Source: an uncultured virus (IMG/VR IMGVR_UViG_3300008120_000124) (lineage: Duplodnaviria > Heunggongvirae > Uroviricota > Caudoviricetes). From it: a DNA stretch of 64,000 nt. A model generated the notes under the pieces. The model had not been told where the DNA came from and did no database searches. It was given only the letters and a program-made list of their open reading frames with translations. The stretch lies in the IMG/VR virus record IMGVR_UViG_3300008120_000124. One strand, 5' to 3'. The first letter of the stretch is position 1, and each line of letters begins with the position of its first letter. Of the stretch, positions 44,301 to 58,658 are shown in pieces. Both the position numbers and the translations under genes were made by a program.

Positions 44301-47300
44301 TGAAATTGCTGAGTACGAAGATGGAAGTATTTCTCAATTTTATGACGATGTTTCTGCTGTTGAAAAACAATTAAATTTTGCTAAAGCTCTACACGAAAAA
44401 GCATTATCTAAAATAGAAGAAAAACCTTATAAGGAAACTGCTAAAGAACTTGAAGATATAATTAAAGATTTAGAGATACTGCTCGAACTTACAAAAGAAA
44501 ATGTAAGAAATATAGAACTTAAGAATAAGAAAGAAGATCTTCACTATGCTGAAGCTGTGTTATCTTTTGCCGATTCGCTTAATACTAATGAAATAGTTAT
44601 TACTTCTGAACAAACAGAAGATACCGCAGTAGAAGAAGCGGCCATAAGAAAATCATGGCAGAAAGAATTAGACGCATTAAAGAGCAGAGAGTTGGATTCC
44701 GTAAAGCGTTCTACTAAAGGAACTCCTATTAATAAAGATAACCCTAATTCATCAAAAGTCGGAGAAGAATTTGATGAGAAAATGATAATTATTGTTCAGC
44801 AATCTCTATTAGCTGACGATTATGACCCAAAGATTGCAGAAAATAATGGAGATGGTTATACTATAATAGAAAGAGTTATTGAGTATGGGGAGATGACGGA
44901 TGGGAAACTATCCAAAGCCCCAGTTGTAAGATTAAAAATATTCAACAATAAAGCGGATGCGGACGCCTACTTGGATAATAGAAAACAGGAATTAGATAGC
45001 AAAATTGGTACGTCTCGACAATACGCTAAGATTAACGATGAATATAATGCAAAATTACAAGCTTTAAAAAATAAAGAGACTGAAACAGAGAGGCCTAAAA
45101 CTAAAGTAATTAAAGATGTTTCTTTAGCGCAACTTATAGAATCAGATCCTATACTAGGTTCTATGGCTGTTATGGATTTATTAACCGAAGATGAAAGAGC
45201 TGATGAAATAGCTGAAGCTTTAAGAGGCACCTTGTCAAAGCTTTTAAATGGTTTAGATTTTATCAATGATATAGCAGGAACACTTTCAGCTACTCCAGCT
45301 GTGTACGACGACTATATAAAATCGGAAGCTGTAAAGAACCCATTGAGAGGTATTTTTCAAGTTTTAAATGTTATAGAAAAAAAGGAACCGGATAAAAGTG
45401 TATTAGGACCGCTAATAGAATTTAATAAAGATTATGATGTTATTAAGTTTAAAGAGAACATTAAAAACTATAACGGAAAAGTTCCTCAGGAAACTTTACT
45501 GGCCCTTATAAATCTTCATGCTGCTTTTGTTGGAATAGCACAAATACAAGATGCTCAAGAATCTGGATTTAGTCACGTAGGATTTTTAACAAAGATTAGA
45601 GAATATTTAAAAGCTAATCCGACTGCTCCAGTTCCTTCATCTTCTCAAATTAGAGTAGTTCGAGAGCTTGTCACTTTTGCTTCTTCTAGCGTTATTTCCG
45701 ATGCAGAAATATTTCAAAATGGAGCAGCTTTAAAAGCTCCAGCTGGAGCTGGAAAATCTTTAGTAGTTTCCAAACTATTTAAATATGTAATGGGGTATGC
45801 TAATGAAGAAATTGCAAGTGCGGCTGCTTATGATAAAGCTGCAAAAAATATTGCGGAATCATTGGGACATCCAGATAATCCAAAGAAAATAACGGATTTA
45901 ACCACTGAATTAGAAAACGGAACATTGTCCCCAAAAGTAAAATTTATTATAGTAGATGAAGCTGGGGCTTTAAATAGGGGGGACATAAACAATTTTGTTA
46001 GAGCTGTAAATAAGTATAATAATACAACTAAAGGCAACAGAGTTAAATATTTATTTTTATACGACCCTAATCAACCTGTTTCTGGAAATATATCTAAGCC
46101 AGCTTTAGATGATAATTATATAGCAAACTTTGTTACTACTGAACAAGAATATTATGAAGGAACTGAAGAGGTTAAAGCTGAATATAGAAAAGGACAAAGA
46201 ACTCCTAAAGGAGATCCCTTAGGACATTCTGTAGCATTATCGCAAAATTTAAAACAAATAACACCCCTATCTACTACGTATCGTTCTGGCGTTTCTGAAG
46301 TTGTTGATTTACAAAATGCATTTAAATCTGACACGCCAATTAGTCAAATACCAACCGCGTCTTCTTTAGACCCATCGGTTAGTATGATTAATATATTTGG
46401 TACTTATGCAGAAGCAGGTACAAGCATTGTAAAAAAGTTTGCTGAATCTAAGGCAGCTAATCCACAAAGAAGTAGAGTTATTATTGTTGGTAACGAAGAA
46501 AAATTACAGCAGTATAAAAAAGCATTACCTGACGCTGACGTTCTTTTAGCGCCAAGTGCTATGGGAATCACGGTTGATGAGGTATACGTTGATATATCTG
46601 TTGAAGATAATAAAAACTTTTCTAATCCAACAATATACAACCAATGGATGTATGCAGCAACCTCAAGAGCAACATCATATGCGCACCTTGCTAACACTAA
46701 AGGAGCAACACATTTTGTAGATCCTAAAGTAGCTCCCTATCCTAAAAAAGATAATTTATCGGAAGAAGCTATAAAAAACTTAGATGAGCAAATAAAAGTA
46801 CTCTCAGAAATAACTGGAAATGTTTCTGTTGATATTACTAGACCAGCCGCTAAAGAAGAGTCAGTTAAACCTAGTGAAGAAAGAACTCCAGACGAAACTC
46901 CAGACGCTCCGGGAGAAAATAAAACTGCTACAGATAACGAAGGAACTTCAGTGGGTTTTGATCAACAACCACAAGAAGAATCTGGACTCCATGTAATAAA
47001 TGAACCAGTCGTTATTAATTTTGACAATAATTTACCACCCAGTACTCCACCTACAGGAGTTTCTCAAAAGTCTCAACCGTATAATTTAGAAAATCCAGCT
47101 TTTACTATATTTGAAGGAAACGAAGATTCCGGTATACCTCCACTAAGTATTGGAGATGAGTTAATGGTCTTTATAGATAATTCTAGAAAGGCTACTGGAG
47201 AAGAGGCAAAGCGTGTTGTTTTGGTAAAAAAAATAACAGGGAGTGATAGCGGGAACACTTACTATCAAATTGTTGGAGTTATTAACGACAAAGAACTTGG

Positions 47301-50300
47301 AGATTTCGAGAGAAATGTTGGTATAAACACTTCGAAACTTCCAGAATTTACGTTACAAAATACAAACTTGTATAACATTTATAAAATAAATGGACAAGTT
47401 ACTGGTCATGAAACATTGTACGTACAAGAAGGAAGTCAAGGTATAAAATACACATACGATGGTAAACCACAAGAAGACTTAGCAGATATGCTAGATTCTG
47501 ACGGTAAAATTTCTAGAGCACCACTACTTGAAAAATATATAGACCAAGTTTGGGGGAGAGATGCTTTAGAAAACGCTGAAGAAGTTATTAAAAACTTTTC
47601 TAGGTATTGTAAAATAATAGCTTTTAAAAGTATAAACGATGCAAGAAAAGTATTTGGAAAAGACATACCTGCAAGTAAATTACCTAGACCTGGAGTACCT
47701 TATTTAATAATACAAAACATCAAGTTAAAAACTGGGAATGTTGTTAAGCCTCAGTTCATACAATTAGCAACAAAACCAGTTAACAGTAATGACGAGAAAT
47801 ACAAACCGCTTTACGACTTTATAGATAAGTTAAAACAGTTTGAAGATCTTTTACTTAAATCCGCTTACTTACCTGATGTTTATAGAAAGATAAAAGCTGG
47901 CGAACCTGTTGTTTATCAAAACATGCAGTTTTTTCCTATGCATACTTTAGTTAAAGTTTTTTCAGATGCTCATCACGATGAATCTATGAAAACAATAACT
48001 TTGTTAAGTAATAAACAAGCAGGTTTTAAAAATCTTTTTCCAGACTTAAAAAGAGAAAGCATTGATCCAAAACTATTAGAACTTGCTTCAGAACTTGACT
48101 TTTTAATTCACGGCGATTTAAATAGAGTTAAAGACGACAAAGGAAAATGGAAGCATGACACAAGGGCTTTTAAAGGGCCTGCTCAAAGTGTTTTTAATGA
48201 TATAGGATCTCAAAACTTAGTAGCTTCTATAGATCAAGGGGAGAGAGCTGGTAAGCTAGTTTTACTTAGAAATTATAAAGTCAACTATACAACTACAGCT
48301 AATGGTACACAATCAAATACAAGTATTGAAGCTGCCACATTACTGGGACCAATAACTTTTATTAGAAGAGATAACAGAGGAGCAAATAATCCTTTAATTT
48401 CAGAGGATTTGAAATCTAGATTAAGAACTTACGCGGCGTCTTTAGAACAAAGAGGCTTAGAGCAATCAGCTAGATATAAAGCTATTGTTAATTATCTTAA
48501 TGTTATATCTGATCCAACAAAAATACCTCACTCTAATATTTTAACTAGTGAAGATTTATCTGATATTTTCATAGGGTCTAAAGATAGCGATGGTAATCTT
48601 ACAAAAATATCTGGAGGATTTGGATTAAGAACTCCATCTCCTAACAGTGTAAATAATAAGGATACTAACATTGAGAATCAACCCGTAAATCAATTTGTGA
48701 GTCATTTATCTAGAATAGATAAAACTAGAATAATAGTAGCTAAAAATAAAAACGCTGTCCCGACTGAACAAGTTGAAACTGTAAGAAGTAGAAAATACGC
48801 TTTATTAGTTGCTGCTGGAATAGACACTATTTCTGCCGACACTATAGAAGAAATGTTTCCACAGGAAGAAATAGCAGAATTTATATCCACATTAAAAAGT
48901 AACACTTTAGAAGAGGCTCTTGAAAAGTTTAGAAAGAACGCTAAAGAAAAGTTGTATTACGAAACGGAAGTAAATAATAAAATACTTTCAGCTGTACAAA
49001 GTAGGTTAGGAATAAAAACTACTACTAAGGAAATGGTTAAACAAGATTTAATTGATTCCGTAGGTGTAATAGATAACCTTAAACCTTACGCTTCAATACC
49101 AACACCTTTTTTAAGGGCTTCCGTTTTAATTAAGCTTTTAGGAGTTACAGCTGTTTCTCCCAAAGATTTGTTTCCATTGCTAAGTTTTGTTAGAAAAAAT
49201 TACGGGGCAAATAATTATAGAGGGGTTGGATTTGCAGAAGAATTTTTACAACTAGTAGTTAAATATAATACAGACGTTTCTAAAATAATTCCTAGAATAA
49301 ACGAAATTAGCGCGGCTTATAAAGAAGTTGCAGACGAATTAGGGATACCATATAGACCTCTTTTAATTGACGAAAATCTACCTCAAGATGTTATTTATCA
49401 AATGATTGTTGATGGTTTAATTTTCACATTTTTAGAAGGTGGCAACATAAATGGTCAATATTTAAAAGGTGTAAGTGAATTTGGTAGAGAAGCTAGGCAA
49501 AAGCATTTGGATAATCAAATAAACTTAGCCGCAGCTTTTACTAATATAGTTGATAACACAGTTGTAAAAACAGAGGATATTAATACAGTAATAGAAGAAA
49601 CTCCTGACGATAAGATTGAACAAAAAGTAGAACAAGTAGTGGCGGCTGCTGAAAATAAAGTAGTTAGATTTGCTGAAAATTTGTTAGAATGGATTAACAA
49701 TAACGCAGACGCTGAGGCCGCAGATATTATGCAAGAGGCGTATAATATTGATGACGATTTAGCAATTGACTTTATAAATAACCAAGACGCGTATGATAAC
49801 TGGGTATCATTTTTAAAAGACGTTATTAAACAAGGAACTCTGAGTAGATCTAAAAGTTTTTTAACAGAAGATATAGGAACCCCACTTAGTATGAAAGAAG
49901 TGGAAAATCTTGTAGATAGATATACGCCTAGAAGTTTTTTCTCTATGTTAAGAGAAATTGTTTCCGGAAATGCTCCAAGAGAACTTTTTAATATAGTTGA
50001 ATATGGTAAACTTGTTAATAACCAAGGCAAACAAGTTTGGGGGTTATATAAAAATGGCGTACTGCACTTTGCTAAACTTGCTTCTGGAGGCGTTTCTTCA
50101 AAAGTAGTTAGGCACGAGTTATTCCACAAAATATTTTGGGAATATCTAAAACCTTCTGAACAAATAGCAGCTTTAGCTTTAGCTCAAGAAAAGTATGGAA
50201 ATTTAAGTCCAGAGGCTTTAGAAGAAGCACTTGCTGAAGAATTTGAAGATTTTGTTGTTACCAAACGCAAGTCATTATTGTCTAGGCTTTGGGAAAAATT

Positions 50301-53300
50301 AAAACGTTTGTTAGGCTTTAGTTATAACCACATGAATTCTATAGAAGAATTTTTTAACTTAATAGAAAATAAAACGTTTTATAAATCTGTTAGGGGGTTT
50401 GAATCTGTAGAAAGATCTTCGGTTAATGTTAGAGCGGTATTTGATAACTATGATGAATTTAAAATAGTTAAAGATATTATATTAGAAAAAGTAGTTAGAG
50501 ATCAAGTAGAAAGAAGAAAGGCGGAGCAAAATGGAAATGTTCCTGTAAAGTCTTTTGCTGAAATAACTGTAGACGCCATGGCTTATTTGCAAACAGTAAA
50601 AGATATGGACGCTGCAGATTTTCCAGAAGGTTATACTCCAGATCAAATTAATACTGTTAAAAGAGCCGTAACAAAAGCACTTAACAATAAAGATTTCTTA
50701 AATAATTTTAATAATGATTATTTTTCTGATGCAAATAACAGGGTTGATTTTATAGAGTTTCTTAAAGACCTTAGAGATAGAAAGTTAGAAGAAATTAGAA
50801 TATTAAGGGAAGACATAACAGCTAGATTAGAAAGAGGAGAAGAAGTTTCAGCAGATGAAATGTCTGAATTGGAAGAAGATGATGAAATGCTAGGAATCTC
50901 TGACGAAAGATATGACAGCATGTTGGTAGATCCTAAAACTAAACTTACTGGATCTATTAAACAACGCTTGATTTCTATAGAGTACTTTGTTAAAAACGAG
51001 AAACACTACGCCGATTTATCCACAGCTTTTACAATCATTGTTTCTAAAGTTGCTTCAATACCTAAGGGAAGCCTTAAAGAATCTCTAGAAGCAATGGCTA
51101 GAACCTTTACTTACAACATTAAAGACAAACCAAACATTAAGGTTGCTGTTAATAACTATATGTCTAATATGGCTGTTGACATTTTGAAAAAGCTGAATGA
51201 TCCAAATTTACCCAAAAATATTTCTTTCAGAAAAGACGCTAGTCATAAATTTATTTATGCAGTAGTAGATACCCTTAATGAAGATGTTTCACAAGTAACT
51301 AGAAATGATTTAGAAAGTAATCCAACTAGATACAGAGAATTCGTTATTGAGGCTGGTAAAAAGGTAGATGATGTAATTAATGAAATAGCAGAAATAACTT
51401 CTTTAACTAAAGAAAATGTTGCTAAAGTTTATTATTTGTACGAAGATATAGATTTTATTAAATCATTGCTTTCTTCTGTTGGTTCTCTTAGAAAATCTAA
51501 ACCATATGTTTGGCAAAAAGGATTTAAGTATGTCTATAAAATGTCTGGGTACATCGCAAGAAGTGGAGGTGGGCAAAGAACTTTTGTAGCTAATGTGGAG
51601 TTTGCTTTTAATGATTACGTGCAAAAAGCTGTTAATGAAAATAGAAGAGATTTATTTACGCAGGATTTAAAAACAAAAATAGCAAAAGCAAAGGCCAGTC
51701 AAAATATTGAGGATAAAACTAAAGCTGTTAATACATTTTTAAAGGACATAGGCGTAACTAAAAAATTAGGTGATGCTTCAGTTAGTTCAAAAGAAGCTGT
51801 ATTTGAACGACTTAGTAAAAGTATAGATGGCATATCTTCTAGATATAATGCAGCCTTAGACGCAGCTCAAAAAAGTGAATCCGATAATCCTGAAGATAGA
51901 ATTACGGGAACAGAATTGCTTGAAAATGAATACGGACTTTTGGACGAAATAGCTAACATGATTAATTCACATTATACGTTAGCCGAATCCGGAAGTTACA
52001 CTAGAGGCGATGGTAAAAAAGCATATGGTTGGATAGACGCATCTTGGCAAACAGATGTATTCAATATATTCCAAAGAATTAAAGAAAAATTACCATTTAA
52101 AAAGTTATCTATTTTTGAACTTAAAGATGGTAAAATTTCTAGTAATGATGTGTTTTTGAAAGACAATATTTTCTTTACAAAAAAGAACGATATATTTGAA
52201 ACAGTGGACCATGATTCTATTAAATGGAAAGATGGTTCTAAATTTGCTAAGACACTTAGAAAAGAAAATCTTAAAGAGTTTAGAGAAAGAAATATTGCTG
52301 GAAACTTTTTTGTTACTTTAGCAAATAGAGGAGGTAAGTATTATCAAGCTCTTCCAATTCCGTCTAACCGTACGAGCGTTCAAGCTGTTTTAGTTAATAG
52401 CTTTAGAACTCAAGAGACTATTGATGAAGCCATATTACAAATAATACGAGCTCAAAAAAATAGACCTGATCCAGATGCAAAAAATCCTGATGGAAGTTTA
52501 GTTCATCCCGAACTTAATAACTCTAAAACTTATAGAGAGCGTTGGAAAGAATTTACATTTGCAGGATTAAGTGGGAATGTAGATAGTATGACCGAGCAGC
52601 AAGCTTTAAAAGCAGTTAAACAACATGTGGCTAACATGGTAAATGGGGAAAACGGTTTGTTTGAAGCTTTTAAAGAAGAATTAAATTCTCCTCCAGAAGT
52701 TCAGATACCTACTTGGGCAATCAGTAAAGCATCTTCTTTGCTTGGACTAGCAACAATACCTAAATGGGATAACAATTTAACTGATCAAGAAAAAGAACGA
52801 TTTTTTAAACAGAAAAATGCTGCTGTAAAAAAAGGACTAGAGTATTTTTATTACAACTATGTAATCAACCAATATTCTTTATCCCAAATAGTTTACGGAG
52901 ACGAAACTTTTTATAAATCTAAAGAAGATCAAACCAAACGTATCCAGATAGCAACAGCTACTGGAGATACTCTTTTGGTGGATGAGAAATTTGGTATGCC
53001 AAAAACCTCTAAAGTTTTAGTTGTAGAAGATCTTAAGAGAGTAGTAGACCCAACACTTCACGATATGCTGGCTTCTTCTTATGACCAAGAGTATGAAGCT
53101 TCAGATGCTGAAGGATTTATGCTGCCGGAGTTTTACGAGAAACTTGCCTCTGCTTATGGTTTTGACGCTAAAGCGGACGTCATATTAAAACCTGTTTATT
53201 TCTCCATAGAAAATGGAGTTCCTAGAGCTATTAAATATTCTGTTAAAGTATTAACTCCGGAGTTAATAAAACAATATCCTCACCTAGCTTCTTATGCAGA

Positions 53301-54678
53301 TGCCATGAGAGCAAAAGGGGTAGACCAAATGGTTTTCGCTTCTGCTGTTAAAATTGGTAGCCCTGCTGTAAAAGCTAAATTAGACGAAACTGGTAGAATT
53401 ATTGCTTCAAGTTTAGACGAGAAAGCTATTGTTAATATTAATAATGAGAACTTACGTTTCCAGTTAAATCCGGCAAAGAATGTTGAAGGCAGCGTTGCTA
53501 ATAAGTCTCAAGGTACTGCTATGATGAATACCAATGGTAAAAATACAGCAGAAACTTTTGAAATGCATAAAGCAAACGCATTTATAATAGAAAATGGATT
53601 AAGAGGTTTATCTAGAAAACTAAGGCTTACTAGAAAAGGTGGTGTTACAAAAGGCACTGAAAACAAAATACGCAGGATGCTTACCTCGTTACTTCAGGGA
53701 CTTCCGGGAGCAAGAGATGTATACGAAATGCTCAGTTTGGGAACAGGAAAAAATAAGGTTCCATTAGACATGCCTTTGATTGGAGATAGAGTACTTTCCA
53801 ATTTATCTTCAATATTTACAAAAGCAACTACTGGCTTTAGATTCCCTGGTTCTAAACTTGTTCTTCAAGCAGATTTGGGACCAGTGAAAATTGATGGTGT
53901 AATGCGTAACCTTAAGTGGAGAGATGAAAATGGATTTTGCGAAGTTATACTACCTGAAACATATAGACCATATATGGAACAAATTAAAGATGGTATAATT
54001 GGTTTCCGTATCCCCACATCAAACTACCACTCTTTAGTTCCACTTAAAGTTGTTGGTTTTTATCCAGTTCCACCAGGTTCTAAAGGAAACGTTATTATTG
54101 CCCCATCGTTAATAGTTTATTATCATGGATCTGACTACGATATTGATACATTATTTGTAGCTAGAAAAGATTACCCAAATGAAACTATAAACTTAAACGA
54201 ACTTATTAAAGGAATAGATCCAGAACATCAAGATGATCCTAAATTAATAGTTGAGGCTAATGAACCTTATGGATTTAAAAATAACGAATTAATTGATTTT
54301 GATGGTTACAAACTATATGAGTATTTAGATAAATACATATTAAAGGTAAATAAACAATTAGAATCATTAACTAAACAGTTACAAGGAGCATCAGAACTTC
54401 AAAAAGAAGCAATTGAAAATGCTATTGAAGATAAAGAAAAAATATTACAAAGTCTTTCCGATATAGCTGAGTACGCTGCTAAAAACTTTATTGTTCATAA
54501 TTTCTCTACGAATATGAGGAACATGAAAAATAGAAAAGATCTTCTTACACCTATTTCATTTGATAAAATAATAACTCTTAGATCTGAGCTTAAAAAAGAA
54601 CTTAGCGAAAAATTAGATGATGATAAGTTCCTACAAACTCTTGAAGAAAGTGGTTTAATTAAACAGATATGCCAGTAA
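41383..54678 (+). CDS. giant virion protein: SF1 helicase-like domain, zincin motif and RNA polymerase catalytic part; 1 in-frame TGA (42088)
   Basis: 4431 aa with readthrough. APAGAGKS 45736-45759, IIVDEAG about 45946-45966, YAATSRA 46651-46671; HELFH 50113-50127; GFRIPT 54001; GSDYDID 54127-54147. Confidence 0.85.
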
Positions 54679-57600
54679 CTTGTAAATATATAATAAATGA
54701 TGTAGAATATACCAAAGAAGAACTTAAGCAAATGTTATTGGAAAAAGGAATGGGGGTTTTACTTGAAGGAGTAGAATCCCCTTCTCCACTAGCTTCTGTG
54801 ATAGTTGAGAGGTATGATTTTATGAATAAAACCGAGTCTATAATGGAGTTGTGAACTCGGTTAGAAATAAAGAAAAATGGTAAGGAAGTAAGTGGTTATG
54901 TAACTAAAAAACAAGCTGACGAAGCACTTAATCCAAAAGGAAATCTTACCGATTACTCCACACAAGAAAAAATAAGATACAACACTTATTCCGGTATTGC
55001 TCTTACTGGTATAGTAGCCAACTTCTCTAAAGTGTTTGGTTATATCTTTGACGCTACTCCTCCAACAGAAATATTAGACACCAGAACTAAAACTGTAATG
55101 TCTGTTAATAGTGCGGAGATAAAAACTTTAATGCAAGAAAATGATGCTCCAACTATCGAAAGGCTCATCGAAAAGATGCCCCACTTAAGAATAACAGGAA
55201 GGGAGAATCCAAAATTTTCGGATATGAAGATTTTTTCTGGTAAGGGGGCTAATGAAGTTGTTTCTTCTTCATTTATAAAATGAAATGGAAAAGCTTTAAA
55301 CGCATTTAGACGCATAGCTTTTGATGGTACTAATGTGTTCGAAGACATAGATACATTAATTAACCTTGCTATTGACAACGTTAAAATGCAAAAGCTTCAC
55401 TTGCTGGGCATTACAAACACAAATGCTAATATATTTTTGACGCTTCTTGCTAGTGGGGTACCTCTTAATTCAGTATCTTTGATGTTTAAATCTCCAGTAA
55501 TAGCTAAGATCAGTGAAGGAAAAAGATGGACACAAGAAAGTATTGAGGAGATAAGTAAAGACTTGCACAAAACTTACGCAAGTAATGAAGACTTGTGGCC
55601 TGAAGTGGCTAGAATATTAAAAGACGAGTATAACGTACAGCTCTCCGAAACAAAAATATCTGGACAAAGCTTTTTACCTCTTAATAGTATATTATTTGGT
55701 TTGTACGGCCAACAAGGTAAAAGTACTAAAGGTTTAACTGATGAACTTCTAGAAAAAGTTTACACTGGACAAGCGTCAGAAGCTGAAACTCTTATTGCCA
55801 ATTTGTTTCTTTTAGAAACTATGCGAGCAATGATACCTCTTGGCCAAGAGACATTTAAACAATCAATGATATATAAAGGTCTTCGTTATTTGCCGAATAA
55901 AATGTGGCAGATAACTTCGCTTATAGATAACATAGAAAGTTTAGCTCACTTTAAAGGAGAGGCTACTGGAACTAGAGGAGAAATCAAGAGTATTGCAGAA
56001 AGAATAGTTGGCAGAATTACTGGTATAGAAAAAGAAGAAGCTTTAGAGTTTGTTAAAGAATTCAGCTCTATGATGTACACAGCTAACAATCAAATTAGAG
56101 CTAACTATGTTAACCGCGTAATAAGAAAAACAACATCCAGAAAAGTTGAGCCCTCTAATTCTTCGGCTTTTTCTAATGTCGCTATATTAAATTTGCCACA
56201 CGTTAAGGCGCTTTATAGAACAGCAATAACTTTTAGAAATGTTTTGGAGCAAATATTTAATATATATTCACCAACAGTTCAAAGATTTGTAGAAAATATA
56301 ACTAAAGAAGCAAACTTATTTAGTGCGTATGACTCTATGGACAAGGCTGGAGAAGTTTCGAAAGAATTAATTAAGTTTTTAACTTCCAATCTTAAATTTA
56401 AAATAGGGGATGTCGAAGTTTCAAATTATGTTGAAGGAAACGCTGAAAATGCTAGAGCCTGGCAAAGAGAATTTGTAAACACTTTATTTAAAGTACACAA
56501 TGAATTAGATGACAACTCATTTGTAAACTCACTAGAATTTAGTAGTTATAATGGCGTTAATAGAGCTATGATAGTAGCTGACAAATTAGATGATGATGAA
56601 GTAATAGAAAGAATTAGAGACGGATTTGAAAAGTTGTATAATACAGAAGAAGTTCCAATTGGAGATGGAAAATTTATTAGTGGCAAGCAATTAGCATTAG
56701 ATTTATTTAAATACTCTTTGATGACCGATAGTATGTACTATGAGAAAACCGGTTTTTCATTAATATTTCCTCCCGAATGGGGATTTGCTTTTGCTAAAGC
56801 TTTTGCTGCTCGCATGGAATCTGTTATTCCAAAAGATTCTTACACTACTGACGCAAACCTATTGAGTATAAAAGACAAGTTTTTGTATCAGTTAGTTAGG
56901 GCTAGACCAGATCTTATTGGTAGATTTCCAAAAGCAAAACCAGTTACAGTTAAAGTTCCAGTGCCGCAAACTAAAATCAAAAAAACTATTTATGCTGGAA
57001 GTACAAATTACCAAACAAGTAACACACCTCGAATTCAAGTAAGTCAATTACCTGCTACTGTTAAACCTACAATAGATTTATCAAGAGAATGGAAAGGTGA
57101 CTTAGAATCAAGACCTGTTTATACTTCCGAAGGTGTAAATACTATGAGGACTACTTCTGCTAAACCTAATGAACATTTTGGTAATCCTTTTAGTGAAATG
57201 GGTTACGGTAATACTATAAAAGTATCCAGTATAGGAGCAGCTGTTAGAATGTACAAAGATTGGTTGTTAAATGGAGCTGTTTCTGAATCAGAAATTGTAA
57301 CAGGCGGCATTAAAGCTTTAGAAAAGTTTGATGAACAAAGATTATGGATACTTGATCAGATTAATCAAGGTAAACTTGATAATGCTACACTACTGTATGC
57401 TGGTAAATTGGAAGCTAGAGGTCAAGGAACACATGCAAAAGCTTTATTAGAAGTAATTGAAAAATTAAGAAGTGAGACTACTATTACTAGTAGAACATTT
57501 GAAAATGAAAACGCTACTGCCACTGTTCATTATGATTTAGTTTTCCCAGTAGCGCCGAACGCATCTACCCCTAGATTTATAAGTTATTATGATCAAGGTG

Positions 57601-58658
57601 TGTTTATGCTTGTAGATACTCCTGGAAGTGGTATGTCCTACTATGTAAAAATAGGGGATAAAACTCCTAGTGCTTATAATTTTTCTCTTTTCGATTTAGA
57701 TAAATCGTTTGATTTAAAAGCCTTGTTTAATCTTGGAGATTATAAACTTGTTAATAGTAGCATTATTCAAGGGGGTAAAATAAGATTAAAAAAGAAAAAA
57801 CTATCTTTACAAAAGTTTGATCGTGTGTTAGCGATTGATTTATATTCTGTAGATCCAACAACAGCCACTGCTTATTACGTTAAAGATATACAAGAATCTG
57901 AGGGAGTAACTACTTATATTTTAGGAGCAACTGAACAAAGACCTATGTACTCCACTCAATTAATTGAAAGGGTTAGAAAAGGTTTTAAAAAGTTTCTTAA
58001 CACCGATGTTAACGCTACCGTTGTGGTTGATACGGTATCAGAATATTTTAGAAAAGAAAGAACAAGTAAAGATTTAGAAGCATCTACTATTGTTATTTCT
58101 CCTAAAGAAGAACGTTCTATAAAGTTACCATTTTTTAACATACCAAAAGATTTAACTGAGCAGCAACAACAAGATATACTAGATGAAACTGCCGTGATAT
58201 TAAATGAAAAAGTAAAAGATGGAGCAACAATAGTTATAACTAAAGATGTTTTTGATTCGGTTAGACGGTATAAAATATTAAATAGAGGTCTTGTAGATTT
58301 ATTTTATAATAAATTGAATTATATAGACAGAATACTTCCGCCAACTAATGTTCAACAAAAATCGCCAGAGCTAACTATAGCAATTAAAGAAAACGAATTA
58401 GACGTTGAAATGGTTGGAAATATTAGTTTAACTAAAGATGCAAGTGGTTTAGTTTATACCCCTGCACAAGGACCGCTTGCTAAAAAGAAAGAGGGAGATA
58501 TACTTTATTTTGGTAATGGGCTGTATGCTTTTGTATCGGCTAATACTGGAACTAATTTAACTATGTTTACTTTTGATAAAACCTTTTTACAAGAATTAGA
58601 AAAAGGAATGAAAACAGCAGACTTTATAGAAGTCTATAATCAAAAAAATAAGTGCTAA
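54669..58658 (+). CDS. virion RNA polymerase C-terminal part with a DUF4326-like insert; 2 in-frame TGA (54852, 55281)
   Basis: Track ORFs 54669, 55032 and 55335 form one frame (1329 aa). GIALTGIVAN; LINLAIDNVK (AIDNVK at 55368-55385); HFGNPF...YKDWL insert near 57170-57270. Confidence 0.8.

Noticed and set aside
7409..58658. Fragmented terminase, muzzle and RNAP ORFs read as pseudogenes or sequencing errors
   Set aside because: All breaks in this span are in-frame TGA, never TAG or TAA; motifs stay intact on both sides; a cognate UCA tRNA is encoded.
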